A stretch of 64,000 nucleotides of DNA from Nitrospirota bacterium (GTDB taxonomy: Bacteria; Nitrospirota; UBA9217). How positions within the stretch are numbered: the stretch's first letter is position 1; each line of letters opens with the position of its first letter. Where the stretch lies: the NCBI GenBank assembly GCA_963663225.1, contig OY760142.1, positions 1-64,000 of the forward strand, in the 5' to 3' direction. Shown here one piece after another: positions 58,345 to 64,000 of this stretch. The notes under the pieces were generated by a model. The model ran no database searches and was not told the DNA's origin. It saw nothing but the letters and a program-made list of their open reading frames with translations. A program made the position numbers and the translations under genes.

Positions 58345-59424
58345 ATGAAACATACTGTTCTCCATCAAAGGCATCTTCAGTTAACTGCAAAAATGACCGA
58401 CTTCCAGGGATGGCAAATCCCGGTCCAATTCTCCGATCCTCAAAATGAGTATCTTGCAGTCCGTACTGCCGCGGGCCTCTTTGACGCAGGATTTCTCGGC
58501 AGAATTGAAGTGAGCGGTGTGAATGCTTCCAAATTTCTGAACACCATCGTTGCCCGCAACATCTCGAAAATACCGGAAGGCGCTTTCTGCTATGGCCTGA
58601 TTTGCAATCACCAGGGTGGCATTATCAGCGATGCATTAATTCTCCATGTGCCGGACAACCGATATCTGATCACAACAAACCCCATCAATACCGAGAAATT
58701 GATTGCGTGGCTAAAAAAACACGCAGAAGACAATATTACCATTGCAGAGAAAACGCAGGATATCGCTCAATTCGCTCTTCAAGGCCCTCGCTCAGAAAGA
58801 ATTCTTGGGAATCTTGCGGCACAACATATGAAAAGAATGAAACCGAAAACGCTGCAGGAGCTGACGATTTTGGACACGACGATAATCGTGTCCCGGGCCA
58901 GCTATACCGGTGAACATGGCTATGAATTTTTTGTGCAGTCCGACCGTGCTGAACAGTTCTGGGACGCAATCATGGCCGCCGGAAGCGAAGCAGGCATCTT
59001 ACCGTGCGGATTCGCAAGCCGGGATATTCTGCGATTAGAAATGGGATATCTCCTGTACGGCAACGATATCGATGAAACGCGCACCCCGTTCGAAGCAGGT
59101 CTTGCATCTTACCTTGACTTCAAAAAAGATTTTATCGGCAAAGATGCTCTAGTCAAAATGGATGCCGGAAAAAGCAAGGAAAAGCTTGTCGGATTCGAAC
59201 TGCTTGACAAGGGACTGCCCAAAAACGGCGGCAGCATTTTCTCTGAAAACCGCGAAATCGGGACCGTAACCAGCTGTGGGCAGTCGCCCCGTGTCCGGAA
59301 AGGCATCGGCCTCGGGTATGTCGCGAGCCGATATGCTCAGCCGGGCCAGGAAATAGAGATAGAAGTCCGGGACCATGAAGTCGCCGCCAGAATCGTGTCT
59401 ACGCCTTTTTATCATAGACCGTAA
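58345..59424 (+). CDS. gcvT: Glycine cleavage T-protein family aminomethyltransferase
   Basis: ALQGP, SRASYTGEHGYE, RDILRLEMG and TPFEAGL; no gcvH or gcvP adjacent. Confidence 0.85.
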   Translation: MKHTVLHQRHLQLTAKMTDFQGWQIPVQFSDPQNEYLAVRTAAGLFDAGFLGRIEVSGVNASKFLNTIVARNISKIPEGAFCYGLICNHQGGIISDALILHVPDNRYLITTNPINTEKLIAWLKKHAEDNITIAEKTQDIAQFALQGPRSERILGNLAAQHMKRMKPKTLQELTILDTTIIVSRASYTGEHGYEFFVQSDRAEQFWDAIMAAGSEAGILPCGFASRDILRLEMGYLLYGNDIDETRTPFEAGLASYLDFKKDFIGKDALVKMDAGKSKEKLVGFELLDKGLPKNGGSIFSENREIGTVTSCGQSPRVRKGIGLGYVASRYAQPGQEIEIEVRDHEVAARIVSTPFYHRP

Positions 59425-59548
59425 AAGCTGATTTTCCCACATATGCCGGATGCCGGGCACTTCTTTGAGTTCTTTTATTATCAGTGACCGGCATTCCCTG
59501 TATTTCCAGTCCCCTGTCTTCTTCTCTGCGCATGTGCTAAAATAAAAT

Positions 59549-61978
59549 ATGGAAACGAAAAAAGCCATCATCCCGATACGAGGCATGAGTTGCGTCAATT
59601 GCGCCGCAGCAATCCAGAAGGATATCGCGAAGCTGCCCGGCGTGCAAACCGTGCATGTCAACTATGCAAATGAAAAAGCAGTGGTGGAGTTTCATCCCGA
59701 ATCCATCAAGGCGGAAAAATTCATCACCAGCATCAACGAACTCGGCTATCAGGCCGTTTTCGAAACAGCCGTTCTTGCGGTTTTGGACATGAATTCCTCC
59801 CGTGCACAAAAACTCGAAGATATTTTGACAAACCTTGAAGGCGTGGTAACGGCCTCGGTGAATGCAGCGACCGGCATGACAGAGATACAATACATGCCTG
59901 ATCAAATAAGCCTGCGCGACATCCGCAGAACCGCTGAGCGTGAAGGCTTTCGTTTCCCGCACCAGGAAGAAAGCATTGTCGAGCCTGATGCAGATAAAAT
60001 CGCCCAAGAAAAAGAATTATCATCACTGCGCAACAAACTGGTTCTGAGCGCCGTCCTTTCAACGCTGATTCTGATCGGAAGTTTTCAGGACATGCTCCCA
60101 TTTTTGACGATTTTCCCCCAACAGGTCATGTGGATTATTCTCCTTGTCCTGACGACACCCGTGCAATTCTGGGCGGGGCGCCACTTTTATCAGAACGCGT
60201 GGGCATCAATCAGGCATGGCAGTTTGAACATGAATACCCTTGTTGTTATCGGTACGACCGCAGCCTATGGATACAGCGCCATGCTTACTTTTTCTCCTTC
60301 TCTCTCAGGCCATGGCGGTGCATATTTCGACACCGCGGCAATCATCATCACTCTCGTACTGTTCGGCAGATATCTGGAGACAAGGGCAAAAACACGTACA
60401 AACGAGGCCGTTAAAAAACTCATGAAACTGAGTCCACGAACCGCAAGGGTGATTCGAGAAAACAAAGAGCTGGACATTCTTATCGACGAGGTCGAGTACG
60501 GAGATCTCATCGTCGTACGGCCGGGTGAGCGAATACCCGTGGACGGCATAGTCCGAAACGGGTCATCCTCCGTGGATGAATCAATGCTTACCGGCGAAAG
60601 TCTTCCCGTGGACAAACAAACAGGAGATACTGTTATCGGGGCAACGCTGAACAGAACCGGCTCTTTTATCTTTGAAGCGACGAAAATCGGCAAAGATACA
60701 ATGCTTGCGCAAATTATCCGGATGGTACAGGAGGCGCAGGGGTCCAAGGCCCCCATTCAGCGTCTGGCCGATTCTATTTCAGGCATTTTTGTCCCAGTCG
60801 TTATTGGTATCGCGCTGGCCACATTCGTTCTCTGGTATGTCTTCGGGCCGCCTGAAACACGCATTACTTTTGCGCTGCTTAATTTCATCGCCGTGCTGAT
60901 CATTGCGTGCCCGTGCGCCATGGGGCTCGCCACCCCTACAGCCATCATGGTCGGGACCGGAAAAGGTGCTGAGTTCGGAGTCCTGTTTAAAAATGCAGAA
61001 AGTTTGGAAATGGCCGGAAACATTGATACAATCGTTCTTGATAAAACGGGGACGCTCACCCGCGGGGAACCAATGGTTACCGATATTGTCTGCAAAAATA
61101 TGGACGAAATAACAATGCTTTTTTTTGCCGCTTCCGCCGAAAAGAATTCAGAACACCCGATGGGAAAAGCCATAGTACGTGCAGCCATGGAGAAGAAAAT
61201 ATTATTTACACAACCGGACAATTTTAAAGCCCTGCCCGGTTATGGCGTCCATACGGTAGTAAACGGCAAGGAAGTCTTTCTCGGCAATGACCAGTTAATG
61301 GCTCAAAAAGGCATCGAACTAAAATCACTGGACGAGACGGCACAAAAATTTTCCGCCACCGGAAAAACGCCGATATTTATTGCTGTTGACAGCCAGGCTG
61401 CAGGCATCATTGCCGTTGCCGACACATTAAAGGAGCAATCAAAAGATGCAGTCAAAGAATTGAAGCTGCTCGGCCTTGATGTCGTTATGCTGACAGGAGA
61501 CAATAAAAACACCGCCGATGCCATAGCGGGTTCCCTTGGAATCACTCGCGTGCTGGCAGAAGTTCTCCCGCGCGATAAAATGGCCACGATACAAAAACTG
61601 CAAACAGAAGGCCGCACCGTGGCTATGGTCGGCGACGGCATCAATGACGCACCTGCTTTGACGCAGGCTGATGTGGGGATTGCCATCGGCACGGGCACGG
61701 ACGTGGCAATCGAGGCATCGGATATCACCTTGATCAAGGACGACCTCCGATCAGTCGCTACTGCCCTGCGGCTCTCAAAACGCACGCTGCGCACAATTAA
61801 AATGAACCTTTTTTGGGCATTCTTCTATAACACGCTCGGCATTCCTGTTGCGGCTGGCATCCTGTTTCCTTTTTTCGGGACAAAAGGACTTTTGAATCCC
61901 ATGCTGGCCTCCCTTGCCATGGCCTTCAGTTCCATCAGTGTTGTTTCTAATTCACTGAGGTTAAAAAAGTTCTCATAA
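59549..61978 (+). CDS. copA: Cu(I)-translocating P1B-type ATPase
   Basis: [33 protein letters not shown] and MAFSS. Confidence 0.95.
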   Translation: METKKAIIPIRGMSCVNCAAAIQKDIAKLPGVQTVHVNYANEKAVVEFHPESIKAEKFITSINELGYQAVFETAVLAVLDMNSSRAQKLEDILTNLEGVVTASVNAATGMTEIQYMPDQISLRDIRRTAEREGFRFPHQEESIVEPDADKIAQEKELSSLRNKLVLSAVLSTLILIGSFQDMLPFLTIFPQQVMWIILLVLTTPVQFWAGRHFYQNAWASIRHGSLNMNTLVVIGTTAAYGYSAMLTFSPSLSGHGGAYFDTAAIIITLVLFGRYLETRAKTRTNEAVKKLMKLSPRTARVIRENKELDILIDEVEYGDLIVVRPGERIPVDGIVRNGSSSVDESMLTGESLPVDKQTGDTVIGATLNRTGSFIFEATKIGKDTMLAQIIRMVQEAQGSKAPIQRLADSISGIFVPVVIGIALATFVLWYVFGPPETRITFALLNFIAVLIIACPCAMGLATPTAIMVGTGKGAEFGVLFKNAESLEMAGNIDTIVLDKTGTLTRGEPMVTDIVCKNMDEITMLFFAASAEKNSEHPMGKAIVRAAMEKKILFTQPDNFKALPGYGVHTVVNGKEVFLGNDQLMAQKGIELKSLDETAQKFSATGKTPIFIAVDSQAAGIIAVADTLKEQSKDAVKELKLLGLDVVMLTGDNKNTADAIAGSLGITRVLAEVLPRDKMATIQKLQTEGRTVAMVGDGINDAPALTQADVGIAIGTGTDVAIEASDITLIKDDLRSVATALRLSKRTLRTIKMNLFWAFFYNTLGIPVAAGILFPFFGTKGLLNPMLASLAMAFSSISVVSNSLRLKKFS

Positions 61979-62043
61979 CCCGCAGGAACCGGGACGTAAC
62001 GGCATGACAATACTGATTCAGGTCCGTTATACCATGGCCATAT

Positions 62044-62496
62044 ATGAAGAAATTTGTTGCTGATGTTATGCTGGGCAGGCTCGCGAAACAATTGCGTTTG
62101 CTGGGGTTCGATGTGTTGTATGAGCGTACATTCGGCGATGATGAAATCATCCATCTCTCGCTTGTGCAGCAGCGCGTAATTCTGACACGGGACGCCGCAC
62201 TCGTACGAAGGCCGCTGGCGTCAAATCACTGTTATCTTAGGTCCGAGAAAACCGCTGAGCAGCTTAAACAGGTGCTTGCGGATTTTTCTCTTTCGGATTC
62301 TGCGACTCCTTTGACGCGCTGTTCCCTTTGCAATGAGCCACTTATCCCGATTCCAAAACAAAATGCGCAGGACAGCGTGCCCCCGTTTATTTATGAGCAA
62401 ACTAAAAGATTTTTACACTGCAACCGCTGCAATAAAACATACTGGAACGGCAGCCATATACAGCGGATGTATTTTCTGCGAAGGAAAGGCTGCTAA
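62044..62496 (+). CDS. Mut7-C RNase domain protein
   Basis: DVMLGRLAK.LR.LG.D, LTRD, RCSLCN and C..C.K.YW.GSH. Confidence 0.92.
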   Translation: MKKFVADVMLGRLAKQLRLLGFDVLYERTFGDDEIIHLSLVQQRVILTRDAALVRRPLASNHCYLRSEKTAEQLKQVLADFSLSDSATPLTRCSLCNEPLIPIPKQNAQDSVPPFIYEQTKRFLHCNRCNKTYWNGSHIQRMYFLRRKGC

Positions 62497-63443
62497 TGCG
62501 TTGGAGTTGGTCTCGACTGCTGAATGGCAGGTTTGACTTTCTGTGCCGTACCGGACTGTTGAGAAGATATCTGCGTACGCTGTTGCCCCACCATGCCCGG
62601 CTTCCGCGGAGGAGTTTGCTGTTGCACGGCTGATTGCTGGGGCGAAGGCTGGTTCTGACGGAGCGCCGGTTGTTCCTGTGCCGCTTTCTTTGCTTTTGCA
62701 TATTCCGCGGGGGTCTTTTTGGTGACAATACCTGCCGCTGTAATAGTCAGGTCCCGTATCACGGTGTTTTTGGGCTCGGTCACAACTAATTCATGGCCAT
62801 TGAGAGCCAGTTTAAGCGCTCCTGCACTGCCGTAGCTCACCAGAAAACGTTCATCAGCGCTCCAGGTAAGCGCTTCTCCTTTTTGGAGAACGGCTTTTTT
62901 CTGCGGACTGGTATCGGTCCTTACCAGAATCCACGTATTCTCCAGAGCAGTGACCTCAAGATAGATTTTACTCGGCCTGCCTGTTGTTGACGTCTGGATC
63001 GAAGATATTCCCTGAGACACCACCCCTTGCGGGCCAGCCTGGCGTTGCTGCCGCGCCGGCAAGGCAAAAAAGAAAAACAGCGAGAGTGCGAGGACTATTC
63101 CTGCGCCCCATATAAACGGCTCTATGGATGTTTTGAGAGGTATTTTCTTTTCAGCAACGGTTTCAGGCTGAGGCTTCTCTTGAGGCTCTTCCACCGGCGG
63201 TAAGGATTTACAGGGCTTCAGTTCATGGTATTTCTGCATCACCGCTGATTCATCAAGGCGGAGAAATTTCGCATAATTCTTCAGAAACCCCTTGACAAAA
63301 ACCTCCCCCGGCAGCCTCGAAAAATCCTCGTCTTCCAGAGCCTTAAGATAGTGGCTACTGATACGGGTGTGTTGGGCAGCATCACGCAAGTCAATTCTCT
63401 GCGACTCTCTGGCGTCGCGCAGGTATTTCCCCAATGTCTCCAT
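62493..63443 (-). CDS. rodZ: RodZ-like protein (HTH, TM, DUF4115)
   Basis: LGKYLRDARE...TRIS..YLKALE...LPGEVFVKGFLKNYA; single TM segment; C-terminal beta domain. Confidence 0.88.
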   Translation of the reverse strand: METLGKYLRDARESQRIDLRDAAQHTRISSHYLKALEDEDFSRLPGEVFVKGFLKNYAKFLRLDESAVMQKYHELKPCKSLPPVEEPQEKPQPETVAEKKIPLKTSIEPFIWGAGIVLALSLFFFFALPARQQRQAGPQGVVSQGISSIQTSTTGRPSKIYLEVTALENTWILVRTDTSPQKKAVLQKGEALTWSADERFLVSYGSAGALKLALNGHELVVTEPKNTVIRDLTITAAGIVTKKTPAEYAKAKKAAQEQPALRQNQPSPQQSAVQQQTPPRKPGMVGQQRTQISSQQSGTAQKVKPAIQQSRPTPTH

Positions 63444-63451
63444 GTATTGTA

Positions 63452-64000
63452 TTACCTCAAGGTCTTAATATAGTCGTTCGCCTTTGCCGCTATGTCGCTC
63501 TGGGGAGCAAATTCTACAGCTTTTTTAAACTCTGACAGTGCCAGATTCTTTCTGCCCGCCTTCAGATATGCCAAGGCCAGATTATACCGCATACCGGCGT
63601 TCTTCGGGGCAACTTTTATCCCGTCAGAAAATTCATTGATTGCTTCCTTTGTTTTTCCCGATTCAAACAACGCGGTTCCGAGTGCATTAATGATAAAGTC
63701 CAGGCTTGCGTTCCGCTTTGCATCGCGAAATGCTTCAATAGCCTTTTCATAATCCTTCTGCGCCATATATACCTGGCCGATATTATAATAAGGCAGATGG
63801 GGAGTAGTATACAGCTTATTATCGAGAGCTTTGTTATATGCTTTCAAAGCTTCTTGCCATTTTTGCTGTCGTGAGTACGTCGTCCCGATCGCATTGTAAG
63901 CTTCGGAAAAATTTGAATCCGCGTTGATTGCCTCTTTATAGAAGCCCACCGCGTCGTCAAACTTCTCCCGAGAATCGCTGATGATGCCCAGATAGTAATA
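63452..64000 (-). CDS. TPR protein (PilF/PilW-like), partial
   Basis: Repeated TPR helices; LYTTP..PYYN.G pattern; located upstream of rodZ; the frame stays open to the window edge. Confidence 0.75.
   Translation of the reverse strand, partial: YYYLGIISDSREKFDDAVGFYKEAINADSNFSEAYNAIGTTYSRQQKWQEALKAYNKALDNKLYTTPHLPYYNIGQVYMAQKDYEKAIEAFRDAKRNASLDFIINALGTALFESGKTKEAINEFSDGIKVAPKNAGMRYNLALAYLKAGRKNLALSEFKKAVEFAPQSDIAAKANDYIKTLR

Overview
Bacterial chromosomal window. Gene content suggests an anaerobic Gram-negative organism such as Nitrospirota or Desulfobacterota, but this is inference only. (1) 1-2893 is the right end of a prophage: small phage ORFs, a Zn-ribbon tyrosine integrase, and an att site that is the 3' end of tRNA-Sec. 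(2) 3-15 kb is mostly housekeeping: PilZ proteins, hflX with a probable ATC start, pmbA, queD, two genes encoding three different Hfq domains, lnt, recO, dedA and era. It also holds three IS200/IS605-derived miniature elements and an unannotated ERR/DRR-repeat microprotein. (3) 15.8-30.8 kb is a sigma54/PrpR-type organic-acid catabolic island: MFS transporter, ModA-fold protein without a signal peptide, a four-subunit 2-oxoacid:ferredoxin oxidoreductase (OFOR) with an altered CoA-binding loop, an FAD/Fe-S 2-hydroxyacid dehydrogenase and a serine-glyoxylate aminotransferase. The OFOR operon is present twice as an apparently identical 2854-bp direct repeat flanking the dehydrogenase. (4) 33.7-49.6 kb is a phosphate-starvation island marked by five arrays of Pho-box-like heptamers in 11-bp phase. 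It encodes a CTP-type lipid kinase, PsiE, GH1, a PHP esterase, a GT21 glucosyltransferase, an OlsF-like enzyme, an atypical kinase/receiver cluster and pstSCAB-phoU. (5) 49.8-64 kb carries the arn (L-Ara4N) operon, mtnA, a gcvT-like gene, copA, a Mut7-C RNase, rodZ and a partial TPR gene. No CRISPR array, rRNA or complete tRNA was seen. The best candidates for undescribed biology are the Pho-regulated lipid-remodelling module, the atypical OFOR pathway and the three-domain Hfq locus.
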